Positions 24,260 through 38,900 of a stretch of 64,000 nucleotides of DNA are shown here, in pieces. The stretch is from the human T2T-CHM13v2.0 reference genome, Homo sapiens: the NCBI RefSeq assembly GCF_009914755.1, contig NC_060941.1; one strand, given 5' to 3'. Both the position numbers and the translations under genes were made by a program. How positions within the stretch are numbered: position 1 is the first letter of the stretch; the number at the start of each line of letters is the position of its first letter. The notes beneath the pieces were generated by a model. That model did no database searches. It was not told the DNA's origin and saw nothing but the letters and a program-made list of their open reading frames with translations.

Positions 24260-26973
24260 GAATTCGTTGGAAACGGGATAATTTCAGCTGACTAAACAGA
24301 AGCAGTCTCAGAATCTTCTTTATGATGTTTGCATTCAAATCCCAGAGTTGAACTTTCCTTTCAAAGTTCACGTTTGAAACACTCTTTTTGCAGGATCTAC
24401 AAGTGGATATTTGGACCACTCTGTGTCCTTCGTTCGAAACGGGTATATCTTCACATGACATCTAGACAGAAGCATTCTCAGAAGCTTCTCTGTGATGACT
24501 GCATTCAACTCACGGAGTTGAACACTCCTTTTGAGAGCGCAGTTTTGAAACTCTCTTTCTGTGGCATCTGCAAGGGGACATGTAGACCTCTTTGAAGATT
24601 TCGTTGGAAACGGAATCATCTTCACATACAAACTATACAGATACATTCTCAGGAACTTTTTGGTGATGTTTGTATTCAACTCCCAGAGTTGAACTTTCCT
24701 TTGGAAAGAGCAGCTATGAAACACTCTTTTTCTAGAATCTGCAAGTGGACGTTTGGAGGGCTTTGTGGTTTGTGGTGGAAAAGGAAATATCTTCACCTAA
24801 ATACTAGATAGAAGCATTCTCAGAAACTGCTTTGTGATGATTGCATTCACCTCACAGAGTTGAACATTCCTATTGATAGAGCAGTTTGGAAACACTCTTC
24901 TTGTGGAATGTGCAAGTGGAGATTTGGAGCGCTTTGAGGCCTATGGTAGTAAAGGGAATAGCTTCATAGAAAAACTAGACAGAAGCATTCTCAGAAAATA
25001 CTTTGTGATGATTGAGTTTAACTCACAGAGCTGAACATTCCTTTGGATGGAGCAGGCTTGAGACACACTTTTTGTAGAATCCACAAGTGGATATTTCGAC
25101 CTCTCTGAGGATTTCGTTGGAAACGGGATAACTGCACCGAACTAAACGGAAGCATTCTCAGAAACTTCTTGGTGATGTTTGCATTCAAATCCCAGAGTTG
25201 AAACTTCCTTTGATAGTTCAGGTTTGAAACACCCTTTTTGTAGGATCTGCAAGTGGATATTTGGACCACTCTGTGGCCTTCGTTCGAAACGGGTACAACT
25301 TCGCATAAAATCTTGACAGAAGCCTTCTCAGAAACTTCTCTGTGATGATTGCATTCAACTCACAAAGTTGAACCCTCCTATGGATAGAGCAGTGTTGAAA
25401 CTCTCTTTTTGTGGAATCTGCAAGTGGATATGTGGACCTCTCCGAAGATGTCTTTGGAAACGTGACTATCTTCACATAAAAACTAAACAGAAGCATTCTC
25501 AGAAACTTCTCTGTGATGTTTGTGTTCAACTCCCAGAGTGTCACATTGCTTCTCATAGAGTAGTTCTGAAACATGCTTTTCGTAGTGTCTGCAAGGGGAC
25601 ATTTGGAGCGCTTTCAGGCCTGTGGTGGAAAACGAATTATGGTCACATAAAAACTGGAGAGAAGCATTGTCAGAAACTTCTTTGTGATGATTGCATTCAA
25701 CTCACAGAGTTGAAGGTTCCTTTTCAAACAGCAGTTTCCAAACACTCTTTCTGTGGAATCTGCAAGTGGATATTTCGACCTCTTTGAAGATTTCGTTGGA
25801 AACGGGAGAATCTTCACAGAAAAGCTAAACAGAAGCATTCTCAGAAACTTCTTTGTGATGCTTGCATTCAACTCACAGAGTTGAACTTTCCTTTCGAGAG
25901 AGAAGTTTGAAACACTCTTTTTCCAGAATCTGCAAGTGGACATTTGGAGGGCTTTGAGGCCTGTGGTGGAAAAGGAATTATCTTCCCGTAAAAGCTAGAT
26001 AGAAGCATTCTCAGAAACTACTTTGTGATGATTGCATTCAAGTCACAGATTTGAACATTCCCTTTGACAGAGCAGTTTGGAAACTCTCTTTGTGTAGAAT
26101 CTGCAAGTGGAGATATGGACCGCTTTGAGGACTATGGTAGTAAAGGAAATAGCTTCATATAAAAGCTAGACAGTAGCATTCACAGAAAACTCTTGGTGAC
26201 GACTGAGTTTAACTCACAGAGCTGAACATTCCTTTGGATGGAGCAGTTTCGAAACACACTATTTGTAGAATGTGCAAGTGGATATGTGGGCCTCTCTGAG
26301 GATTTCGTTGGAAACGGGATAAACCGCACAGAACTAAACAGAAGCATTCTCAGAACCTTCTTCGTGATGTTTGCATTCAACTCACAGTGTTGAACCTTTC
26401 TTTGATAGTTCAGGTTTGAAACGGTCTTTCTGTAGAAACTGCAAGTAGATATTTGGACCTCTCTGAGGATTTCGTTGGAAACGGGATAAACCGCACAGAA
26501 CTAAAACAGAAGCATTCTCAGAACCCTCTTCGTGATGCTTGCATTCAACTCACGGTGCTGAACCTTTCTTTGATAGTTCAGCTTTGAAACACTCTTTTTG
26601 TAGAAACTGCAAGTGGATATTTGGTCCTCTCTGAGGATTTCGTTGGAAACGGGATAAACCGCACAGAACTAAACAGAAGCATTCTCAGAACCTTCTTCTT
26701 GATGTCTGCATTCAACTCACAGTGTGGAACCTTTCTTTGATAGTTCAGGTTTGAAACACTCTTTTTGTAGTAACTGCAAGGGGATAATTGCACTTCTTTG
26801 AGGCCTACCGTAGTAAAGGAAATAACTTCCTATAAAAAGAAGACAGAAGCTTTCTCAGAAAATTCTTAGGGATGATTGAGTTGAGGAAACAGAGCTGAAC
26901 ACTCCTTGCGATGTAGCAGTTTAGAAACACACTTTCTGCAGAATCTGCAAGTGCATATGTGGACCTCTCTGAG
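24260..26973 (+). repeat. Transitional 16-mer HOR (2714 bp)
   Basis: GAATTC at 24260 and 26974, with a 1-bp deletion (agaagtttga for agaagctttga) at ~25905. The 5' part carries left-zone alleles and the 3' part right-zone alleles. Confidence 0.88.
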
Positions 26974-29900
26974 GAATTCATTGGAAACGGGATAATTTCA
27001 GCTGACTAAACAGAAGCAGTCTCAGAATCTTCTTTGTGATGTTTGCATTCAAATCCCAGAGTTGAACTTTCCTTTCCAAGTTCACGTTTGAAACACTCTT
27101 TTTGCAGGATCTACAAGTGGATATTTGGACCACTCTGTGTCCTTCGTTCGAAACGGGTATATCTTCACATGACATCTAGACAGAAGCATTCTCAGAAGCT
27201 TCTCTGTGATGACTGCATTCAACTCACGGAGTTGAACACTCCTTTTGAGAGCGCAGTTTTGAAACTCTCTTTCTGTGGCATCTGCAAGGGGACATGTAGA
27301 CCTCTTGGAAGATTTCGTTGGAAACGGAATCATCTTCACATAAAAACTATACAGATGCATTCTCACGAACTTTTTGGTGATGTTTGTATTCAACTCCCAG
27401 AGTTGAACTTTCCTTTGGAAAGAGCAGCTATGAAACACTCTTTTTCTAGAATCTGCAAGTGGACGTTTGGAGGGCTTTGTGGTTTGTGGTGGAAAAGGAA
27501 ATATCTTCACCTAAATACTAGATAGAAGCATTCTCAGAAACTGCTTTGTGATGATTGCATTCACCTCACAGAGTTGAACATTCCTATTGATGGAGCAGTT
27601 TGGAAACACTCTTGTTGTGGAATGTGCAAGTGGAGATTTGGAGCTCTTTGAGACCTATGGTAGTAAAGGGAATAGCTTCATAGAAAAACTAGACAGAAGC
27701 ATTCTCAGAAAATACTTTGTGATGATTGAGTTGAACTCACAGAGCTGAACATTCCTTTGGATGGAGCAGGTTTGAGACACCCTTTTTGTAGAATCTACAA
27801 GTGGATATTTGGACCTCTCTGAGGATTTCGTTGGAAACGGGATAACTGCACCTAACTAAACGGAAGCATTCTCAGAAACTTCTTGATGATGTTTGCATTC
27901 AAATCCCAGAGTTGAACCTTCCTTTGAGAGTTCAGGTTTGAAACACTCTTTTTGTAGGATCTGCAAGTGGATATTTGGACCACTCTGTGGCCTTCGTTCG
28001 AAACGGGTACATCTTCGCATAAAATCTAGACAGAAGCCTTCTCAGAAACTTCTCTGTGATGATTGCATTCAACTCACAGAGTTGAACCCTCCTATGGATA
28101 GAGCAGTGTTGAAACTCTCTTTGTGTGGAATCTGCAAGTGGATATGTGGACCTCTCCGAAGATGTCTTTGGAAACGGGAATATCTTCACATAAAAACTAA
28201 ACAGAAGCATTCTCAGAAACTTCTCTGTGATGTTTGTGTTCAACTCCCAGAGTTTCAAATTCCTTCTCATAGTGTAGTTCTGAAACATGCTTTTCGTAGT
28301 GTCTGCAAGTGGACATTTGGAGCGCTTTCAGGCCTGTGGTGGAAAACGAATTATGGTCACATAAAAACTGGAGAGAAGCATTGTCAGAAACTTCTTTGTG
28401 ATGATTGCATTCAAGTCACAGAGTTGAAGGTTCCTTTTCAAAGAGCAGTTTCCAATCACTCTTTCTGTGGAATCTGCAAGTGGATATTTGGACCTCTTTG
28501 AAGATTTCGTTGGAAACGGGAGAATCTTCACAGAAAAGCTAAACAGAAGCATTCTCAGAAACTTCTTTGTGATGCTTGCATTCAACTCACAGAGTTGAAC
28601 TTTCCTTTCGAGAGAGAAGCTTTGAAACACTCTTTTTCCAGAATCTGCAAGTGGACATTTGGAGGGCTTTGAGGCCTGTGGTGGAAAAGGAATTTTCTTC
28701 CCGTAAAAGCTAGATAGAAGCATTCTCAGAAACTACTTTGTGATGATTGCATTCAAGTCACAGAGTTGAACATTCCCTTTGACAGAGCAGTTTGGAAACT
28801 CTCTTTGCGTAGAATCTGCAAGTGGAGATATGGACCGCTTTGAGGCCTATGGTAGTAAAGGAAATAGCTTCATATAAAAGCTAGACAGCAGCATTCACAG
28901 AAAACTCTTGGTGACGACTGAGTTTAACTCACAGAGCTGAACATTCCTTTGGATGGAGCAGTTTCGAAACACACTATTTGTAGAATGTGCAAGTGGATAT
29001 GTGGGCCTCTCTGAGGATTTCGTTGGAAACGGGATAAACCGCACAGAACTAAACAGAAGCATTCTCAGAACCTTCTTCGTGATGTTTGCATTCAACTCAC
29101 AGTGTTGAACCTTTCTTTGATAGTTCAGGTTTGAAACGGTCTTTCTGTAGAAACTGCAAGTAGATATTTGGACCTCTCTGAGGATTTCGTTGGAAACGGG
29201 ATAAACCGCACAGAACTAAAACAGAAGCATTCTCAGAACCCTCTTCGTGATGTTTGCATTCAACTCACGGTGCTGAACCTTTCTTTGATAGTTCAGCTTT
29301 GAAACACTCTTTTTGTAGAAACTGCAAGTGGATATTTGGTCCTCTCTGAGGATTTCGTTGGAAACGGGATAAACCACACAGAACTAAACAGAAGCATTCT
29401 CAGAACCTTCTTCGTGATGTCTGCATTCAACTCACACTGTGGAACCTTTCTTTGATAGTTCAGGTTTGAAACACTCTTTTTGTAGTAACTGCAAGGGGAT
29501 AATTGCACTTCTTTGAGGCCTACCGTAGTAAAGGAAATAACTTCCTATAAAAAGAAGACAGAAGCTTTCTCAGAAAATTCTTTGGGATGATTGAGTTGAG
29601 CAAACAGAGCTGAACACTCCTTGCGATGTAGCAGTTTAGAAACACACTTTCTGCAGAATCTGCAAGTGCATATGTGGACCTCTCTGAGGAATTCATTAGA
29701 AACGGGATAATTTCAGCTGACTAAACAGAAGCAGTCTCAGAATCTTCTTTGTGATGTTTGCATTCAAATCCCAGAGTTGAACTTTCCTTTCAAAGTTCAC
29801 GTTTGAAACACTCTTTTTGCAGGATCTACAAATGGATATTTGGACCACTCTGTGTCCTTCGTTCGAAACGGGTATATCTTCACATGACATCTAGACAGAA

Positions 29901-32900
29901 GCATTCTCAGAAGCTTCTCTGTGATGACTGCATTCAACTCACGGAGTTGAACACTCCTTTTGAGAGCGCAGTTTTGAAACTCTCTTTCTGTGGCATCTGC
30001 AAGGGGACATGTAGACCTCTTTGAAGATTTCGTTGGAAACGGAATCATCTTCACATCAAAACTATACAGATGCATTCTCAGGAACTTTTTGGTGATGTTT
30101 GTATTCAACTCCCAGAGTTGAACTTTCCTTTGGAAAGAGCAGCTATGAAACACTCTTTTTCTAAAATCTGCAAGTGGACGTTTGGAGGGCTTTGTGGTTT
30201 GTGGTGGAAAAGGAAATATCTTCACCTAAATACTAGATAGAAGCATTCTCAGAAACTGCTTTGTGATGATTGCATTCACCTCACAGAGTTGACCATTCCT
30301 ATTGATAGAGCAGTTTGGAAACACTCTTGTTGTGGAATGTGCAAGTGGAGATTTGGAGCGCTTTGAGGCCTATGGTAGTAAAGGGAATAGCTTCATAGAA
30401 AAACTAGACAGAAGCATTCTCAGAAAATACTTTGTGATGATTGAGTTGAACTCACAGAGCTGAACATTCCTTTGGATGGAGCAGTTTTGAGACACACTTC
30501 TTGTAGAATCTACAAGTGGATATTTGGACCTCTCTGAGGATTTCGTTGGAAACGGGATAACTGCACCTAACTAAACGGAAACATTCTCAGAAACTTCTTG
30601 GTGATGTTTGCATTCAAATCCCAGAGTTGAACCTTCCTTTGAGAGTTCAGGTTTGAAACACTCTTTTTGTAGGATCTGCAAGTGGATATTTGGACCACTC
30701 TGTGGCCTTCGTTCGAAACGGGTACATCTTCGCATAAAATCTAGACAGAAGCCTTCTCAGAAACTTCTCTGTGATGATTGCATTCAACTCACAGAGTTGA
30801 ACCCTCCTATGGATAGAGCAGTGTTGAAACTCTCTTTTTGTGGAATCTGCAAGCGGATATGTGGACCTCTCCGAAGATGTCTTTGGCAACGGGATTATCT
30901 TCACATAAAAACTAAACAGAAGCATTCTCAGAAACTTCTCTGTGATGTTTGTGTTCAACTCCCAGAGTTTCACATTGCTTCTCATAGAGTAGTTCTGAAA
31001 CATGCTTTTCGTAGTGTCTGCAAGTGGACATTTGGAGCGCTTTCAGGCCTGTGGTGGAAAACGAATTATGGTCACATAAAAACTGGAGAGAAGCATTGTC
31101 AGAAACTTCTTTGTGATGATTGCATTCAAGTCACAGAGTTGAAGGTTCCTTTTCAAAGAGCAGTTTCCAATCACTCTTTCTGTGGAATCTGCAAGTGGAT
31201 ATTTGGACCTCTTTGAAGATTTCGTTGGAAACGGGAGAATCTTCACAGAAAAGCTAAACAGAAGCATTCTCAGAAACTTCTTTGTGATGCTTGCATTCAA
31301 CTCACAGAGTTGAACTTTCCCTTCGAGAGAGAAGCTTTGAAACACTCTTTTTCCAGAATCTGCAAGTGGACATTTGGAGGGCTTTGAGGCCTGTGGTGGA
31401 AAAGGAATTATCTTCCCGTAAAAGCTAGATAGAAGCATTCTCAGAAACTACTTTGTGATGATTGCATTCAAGTCACAGAGTTGAACATTCCCTTTGACAG
31501 AGCAGTTTGGAAACTCTCTTTGTGTAGAATCTGCAAGTGGAGATATGGACCCCTTTGAGGCCTATGGTAGTAAAGGAAATAGCTTCATATAAAAGCTAGA
31601 CAGTAGCATTCACAGAAAACTCTTGGTGACGACTGAGTTTAACTCACAGAGCTGAACATTCCTTTGGATGGGGCAGTTTCAAAACACACTATTTGTAGAA
31701 TGTGCAAGTGGATATGTGGGCCTCTCTGAGGATTTCGTTGGAAACGGGATAAACCGCACAGAACTAAACAGAAGCATTCTCAGAACCTTCTTCGTGATGT
31801 TTGCATTCAACTCACAGTGTTGAACCTTTCTTTGATAGTTCAGGTTTGAAACGGTCTTTCTGTAGAAACTGCAAGTAGATATTTGGACCTCTCTGAGGAT
31901 TTCGTTGGAAACGGGATAAAACGCACACAACTAAAACAGAAGCATTCTCAGAACCCTCTTCGTGATGTTTGCATTCAACTCACGGTGCTGAACCTTTCTT
32001 TGATAGTTCAGCTTTGAAACACTCTTTTTGTAGAAACTGGAAGTGGATATTTGGTCCTCTCTGAGGATTTCGTTGGAAACGGGATAAACCGCACAGAACT
32101 AAACAGAAGCATTCTCACAACCTTCTTCGTGATGTCTGCATTCAACTCACAGTGTGGAACCTTTCTTTGATAGTTCAGGTTTGAAAGACTCTTTTTGTAG
32201 AAACTGCAAGGGGATCATTGCACTTCTTTGAGGCCTACCGTAGTAAAGGAAATAACTTCCTATAAAAAGAAGACAGAAGCTTTCTCAGAAAATTCTTTGT
32301 GATGATTGAGTTGAGCAAACAGAGCTGAACACTCCTTGCGATGTAGCAGTTTAGAAACACACTTTCTGCAGAATCTGCAAGTGCATATGTGGACCTCTCT
32401 GAGGAATTCGTTGGAAACGGGATAAATTCAGCTAACTAAACAGAAGCAGTCTCAGCATCTTCTTTGTGATGTTTGCATTCAAATCCCAGAGTTGAACTTT
32501 CCTTTCAAAGTTCACGTTTGAAACACTCTTTTTGCAGGATCTACAAGTGGATATTTGGACCACTCTGTGTCCTTCGTTCGAAACGGGTATATCTTCACAT
32601 GACATCTAGACAGAAGCATTCTCAGAAGCTTCTCTGTGATGACTGCATTCAACTCACGGAGTTGAACACTCCTTTTGAGAGCGCAGTTTTGAAACTCTCT
32701 TTCTGTGGCATCTGCAAGGGGACATGTAGACCTCTTTGAAGATTTCGTTGGAAACGGAATCATCTTCACATCAAAACTATACAGATGCATTCTCAGGAAC
32801 TTTTTGGTGATGTTTGTATTCAACTCCCAGAGTTGAACTTTCCTTTGGAAAGAGCAGCTATGAAACACTCTTTTTCTAAAATCTGCAAGTGGACGTTTGG

Positions 32901-35900
32901 AGGGCTTTGTGGTTTGTGGTGGAAAAGGAAATATCTTCACCTAAATACTAGATAGAAGCATTCTCAGAAACTGCTTTGTGATGATTGCATTCACCTCACA
33001 GAGTTGACCATTCCTATTGATAGAGCAGTTTGGAAACACTCTTGTTGTGGAATGTGCAAGTGGAGATTTGGAGCGCTTTGAGGCCTATGGTAGTAAAGGG
33101 AATAGCTTCATAGAAAAACTAGACAGAAGCATTCTCAGAAAATACTTTGTGATGATTGAGTTGAACTCACAGAGCTGAACATTCCTTTGGATGGAGCAGG
33201 TTTGAGACACACTTTTTGTAGAATCTACAAGTGGATATTTGGACCTCTCTGAGGATTTCGTTGGAAACGGGATAACTGCACATAACTAAACGGAAGCATT
33301 CTCAGAAAATTCTTGGTGATGTTTGCATTCAAATCCCAGAGTTGAACCTTCCTTTGATAGTTCAGGTTTGAAACACTCTTTTTGTAGGATCTGCAAGTGG
33401 ATATTTGGACCACTCTGTGGCCTTCGTTCCAAACGGGTACATCTTCGCATAAAATCTAGACAGAAGCCTTCTCAGAAACTTCTCTGTGATGATTGCATTC
33501 AACTCACAGAGTTGAACCCTCCTATGGATAGAGCAGTGTTGAAACTCTCTTTTTGTGGAATCTGCAAGCGGATATGTGGACCTCTCCGAAGATGTCTTTG
33601 GAAACGGGAATATCTTCACATAAAAACTAAACAGAAGCATTCTCAGAAACTTCTCTGTGATGTTTGTGTTCAACTCCCAGAGTTTCACATTGCTTCTCAT
33701 AGAGTAGTTCTGAAACATGCTTTTCGTAGTGTCTGCAAGTGGACATTTGGAGCGCTTTCAGGCCTGTGGTGGAAAACGAATTATGGTCACATAAAAACTG
33801 GAGAGAAGCATTGTCAGAAACTTCTTTGTGATGATTGCATTCAAGTCACAGAGTTGAAGGTTCCTTTTCAAAGAGCAGTTTCCAATCACTCTTTCTGTGG
33901 AATCTGCAAGTGGATATTTGGACCTCTTTGAAGATTTCGTTGGAAACGGGAGAATCTTCACAGAAAAGCTAAACAGAAGCATTCTCAGAAACTTCTTTGT
34001 GATGCTTGCATTCAACTCACAGAGTTGAACTTTCCTTTCGAGAGAGAAGCTTTGAAACACTCTTTTTCCAGAATCTGCAAGTGGACATTTGGAGGGCTTT
34101 GAGGCCTGTGGTGGAAAAGGAATTATCTTCCCGTAAAAGCTAGATAGAAGCATTCTCAGAAAATACTTTGTGATGATTGCATTCAAGTCACAGAGTTGAA
34201 CATTCCCTTTGACAGAGCAGTTTGGAAAATCTCTTTGCGTAGAATCTGCAAGTGGAGATATGGACCGCTTTGAGGCCTATGGTAGTAAAGGAAATAGCTT
34301 CATATAAATGCTAGACAGCAGCATTCACAGAAAACTCTTGGTGACGACTGAGTTTAACTCACAGAGCTGAACATTCCTTTGGATGGAGCAGTTTCGAAAC
34401 ACACTATTTGTAGAATGTGCAAGTGGATATGTGGGCCTCTCTGAGGATTTCGTTGGAAACGGGATAAACCGCACAGAACTAAACAGAAGCATTCTCAGAA
34501 CCTTCTTCGTGATGTTTGCATTCAACTCACAGTGTTGAACCTTTCTTTGATAGTTCAGGTTGGAAACGGTCTTTCTGTAGAAACTGCAAGTAGATATTTG
34601 GACCTCTCTGAGGATTTCGTTGGAAACGGGATAAACCGCACAGAACTAAAACAGAAGCATTCTCAGAACCCTCTTCGTGATGTTTGCATTCAACTCACGG
34701 TGCTGAACCTTTCTTTGATAGTTCAGCTTTGAAACACTCTTTTTGTAGAAACTGCAAGTGGATATTTGGTCCTCTCTGAGGATTTCGTTGGAAACGGGAT
34801 AAACCGCACAGAACTAAACAGAAGCATTCTCAGAACCTTCTTCGTGATGTCTGCATTCAACTCACAGTGTGGAACCTTTCTTTGATAGTTCAGGTTTGAA
34901 ACACTCTTTTTGTAGAAACTGCAAGGGGATCATTGCACTTCTTTGAGGCCTACCGTAGTAAAGGAAATAACTTCCTATAAAAAGAAGACAGAAGCTTTCT
35001 CAGAAAATTCTTTGGGATGATTGAGTTGAGCAAACAGAGCTGAACACTCCTTGCGATGTAGCAGTTTAGAAACACCCTTTCTGCAGAATCTGCAAGTGCA
35101 TATGTGGACCTCTCTGAGGAATTCGTTGGAAACGGGATAATTTCAGCTGACTAAACAGAAGCAGTCTCAGAATCTTCTTTGTGATGTTTGCATTCAAATC
35201 CCAGAGTTGAACTTTCCTTTCAAAGTTCACGTTTGAAACACTCTTTTTGCAGGATCTACAAGTGGATATTTGGACCACTCTGTGTCCTTCGTTCGAAACG
35301 GGTATATCTTCACATGACATCTAGACAGAAGCATTCTCAGAAGCTTCTCTGTGATGACTGCATTCAACTCACGGAGTTGAACACTCCTTTTGAGAGCGCA
35401 GTTTTGAAACTCTCTTTCTGTGGCATCTGCAAGGGGACATGTAGACCTCTTTGAAGATTTCGTTGGAAACGGAATCATCTTCACATAAAAACTATACAGA
35501 TGCATTCTCAGGAACTTTTTGGTGATGTTTGTATTCAACTCCCGGAGTTGAACTTTCCTTTGGAAAGAGCAGCTATGAAACACTCTTTTTCTAGAATCTG
35601 CAAGTGGACGTTTGGAGGGCTTTGTGGTTTGTGGTGGAAAAGGAAATATCTTCACCTAAATACTAGATAGAAGCATTCTCAGAAACTGCTTTGTGATGAT
35701 TGCATTCACCTCACAGAGTTGAACATTCCTATTTAGAGAGCAGTTTGGAAACACTCTTGTTGTGGAATGTGCAAGTGGAGATTTGGAGCGCTTTGAGGCC
35801 TATGGTAGTAAAGGGAATAGCTTCATAGAAAAACTAGACAGAAGCATTCTCAGAAAATACTTTGTGATGATTGAGTTGAACTCACAGAGCTGAACATTCC

Positions 35901-38900
35901 TTTGGATGGAGCAGGTTTGAGACACACTTTTTGTAGAATCTACAAGTGGATATTTGGACCTCTCTGAGGATTTCGTTGGAAACGGGATAACTGCACCTAA
36001 CTAAACGGAAGCATTCTCAGAAACTTCTTGGTGATGTTTGCATTCAAATCCCAGAGTTGAACCTTCCTTTGAGAGTTCAGGTTTGAAACACTCTTTTTGT
36101 AGGATCTGCAAGTGGATATTTGGACCACTCTGTGGCCTTCGTTCGAAACGGGTACATCTTCGCATAAAATCTAGACAGAAGCCTTCTCAGAAACTTCTCT
36201 GTGATGATTGCATTCAACTCACAGAGTTGAACCCTCCTATGGATAGAGCAGTGTTGAAACTCTCTTTTTGTGGAATCTGCAAGCGGATATGTGGACCTCT
36301 CCGAAGATGTCTTTGGAAACGGGAATATCTTCACATAAAAACTAAACAGAAGCATTCTCAGAAACTTCTCTGTGATGTTTGTGTTCAACTCCCAGAGTTT
36401 CACATTGCTTCTCATAGAGTAGTTCTGAAACATGCTTTTCGTAGTGTCTGCAAGTGGACATTTGGAGGGCTTTCAGGCCTGTGGTGGAAAACGAATTATG
36501 GTCACATAAAAACTGGAGAGAAGCATTGTCAGAAACTTCTTTGTGATGATTGCATTCAAGTCACAGAGTTGAAGGTTCCTTTTCAAAGAGCAGTTTCCAA
36601 TCACTCTTTCTGTGGAATCTGCAAGTGGATATTTGGACCTCTTTGAAGATTTCGTTGGAAACGGGAGAATCTTCACAGAAAAGCTAAACAGAAGCATTCT
36701 CAGAAACTTCTTTGTGATGCTTGCATTCAACTCACAGAGTTGAACTTTCCTTTCGAGAGAGAAGCTTTGAAACACTCTTTTTCCAGAATCTGCAAGTGGA
36801 CATTTGGAGGGCTTTGAGGCCTGTGGTGGAAAAGGAATTATCTTCCCGTAAAAGCTAGATAGAAGCATTCTCAGAAACTACTTTGTGATGATTGCATTCA
36901 AGTCACAGAGTTGAACATTCCCTTTGACAGAGCAGTTTGGAAACTCTCTTTGCGTAGAATCTGCAAGTGGAGATATGGACCGCTTTGAGGCCTATGGTAG
37001 TAAAGGAAATAGCTTCATATAAATGCTAGACAGCAGCATTCACAGAAAACTCTTGGTGACGACTGAGTTTAACTCACAGAGCTGAACATTCCTTTGGATG
37101 GAGCAGTTTCGAAACACACTATTTGTAGAATGTGCAAGTGGATATGTGGGCCTCTCTGAGGATTTCGTTGGAAACGGGATAAACCGCACAGAACTAAACA
37201 GAAGCATTCTCAGAACCTTCTTCGTGATGTTTGCATTCAACTCACAGTGTTGAACCTTTCTTTGATAGTTCAGGTTTGAAACGGTCTTTCTGTAGAAACT
37301 GCAAGTAGATATTTGGACCTCTCTGAGGATTTCGTTGGAAACGGGATAAACCGCACAGAACTAAAACAGAAGCATTCTCAGAACCCTCTTCGTGATGTTT
37401 GCATTGAACTCACGGTGCTGAACCTTTCTTTGATAGTTCAGCTTTGAAACACTCTTTTTGTAGAAACTGCAAGTGGATATTTGGTCCTCTCTGAGGATTT
37501 CGTTGGAAACGGGATAAACCGCACAGAACTAAACAGAAGCATTCTCAGAACCTTCTTCGTGATGTCTGCATTCAACTCACAGTGTGGAACCTTTCTTTGA
37601 TAGTTCAGGTTTGAAACACTCTTTTTGTAGAAACTGCAAGGGGATCATTGCACTTCTTTGAGGCCTACCGTAGTAAAGGAAATAACTTCCTATAAAAAGA
37701 AGACAGAAGCTTTCTCAGAAAATTCTTTGGGATGATTGAGTTGAGCAAACAGAGCTGAACACTCCTTGCGATGTAGCAGTTTAGAAACACCCTTTCTGCA
37801 GAATCTGCAAGTGCATATGTGGACCTCTCTGAGGAATTCGTTGGAAACGGGATAATTTCAGCTGACTAAACAGAAGCAGTCTCAGAATCTTCTTTGTGAT
37901 GTTTGCATTCAAATCCCAGAGTTGAACTTTCCTTTCAAAGTTCACGTTTGAAACACTCTTTTTGCAGGATCTACAAGTGGATATTTGGACCACTCTGTGT
38001 CCTTCGTTCGAAACGGGTATATCTTCACATGACATCTAGACAGAAGCATTCTCAGAAGCTTCTCTGTGATGACTGCATTCAACTCACGGAGTTGAACACT
38101 CCTTTTGAGAGCGCAGTTTTGGAACTCTCTTTCTGTGGCATCTGCAAGGGGACATGTAGACCTCTTTGAAGATTTCGTTGGAAACGGAATCATCTTCACA
38201 TCAAAACTATACAGATGCATTCTCAGGAACTTTTTGGTGATGTTTGTATTCAACTCCCAGAGTTGAACTTTCCTTTGGAAAGAGCAGCTATGAAACACTC
38301 TTTTTCTAGAATCTGCAAGTGGACGTTTGGAGGGCTTTGTGGTTTGTGGTGGAAAAGGAAATATCTTCACCTAAATACTAGAAAGAAGCATTCTCAGAAA
38401 CTGCTTTGTGATGATTGCATTCACCTCACAGAGTTGAACATTCCTATTGATAGAGCAGTTTGGAAACACTCTTGTTGTGGAATGTGCAAGTGGAGATTTG
38501 GAGCGCTTTGAGGCCTATGGTAGTAAAGGGAATAGCTTCATAGAAAAACTAGACAGAAGCATTCTCAGAAAATACTTTGTGATGATTGAGTTGAACTCAC
38601 AGAGCTGAACATTCCTTTGGATGGAGCAGGTTTGAGACACACTTTTTGTAGAATCTACAAGTGGATATTTGGACCTCTCTGAGGATTTCGTTGGAAACGG
38701 GATAACTGCACCTAACTAAACGGAAGCATTCTCAGAAACTTCTTGGTGATGTTTGCATTCAAATCCCAGAGTTGAACCTTCCTTTGAGAGTTCAGGTTTG
38801 AAACACTCTTTTTGTAGGATCTGCAAGTGGATATTTGGACCACTCTGTGGCCTTCGTTCGAAACGGGTACATCTTCGCATAAAATCTAGACAGAAGCCTT

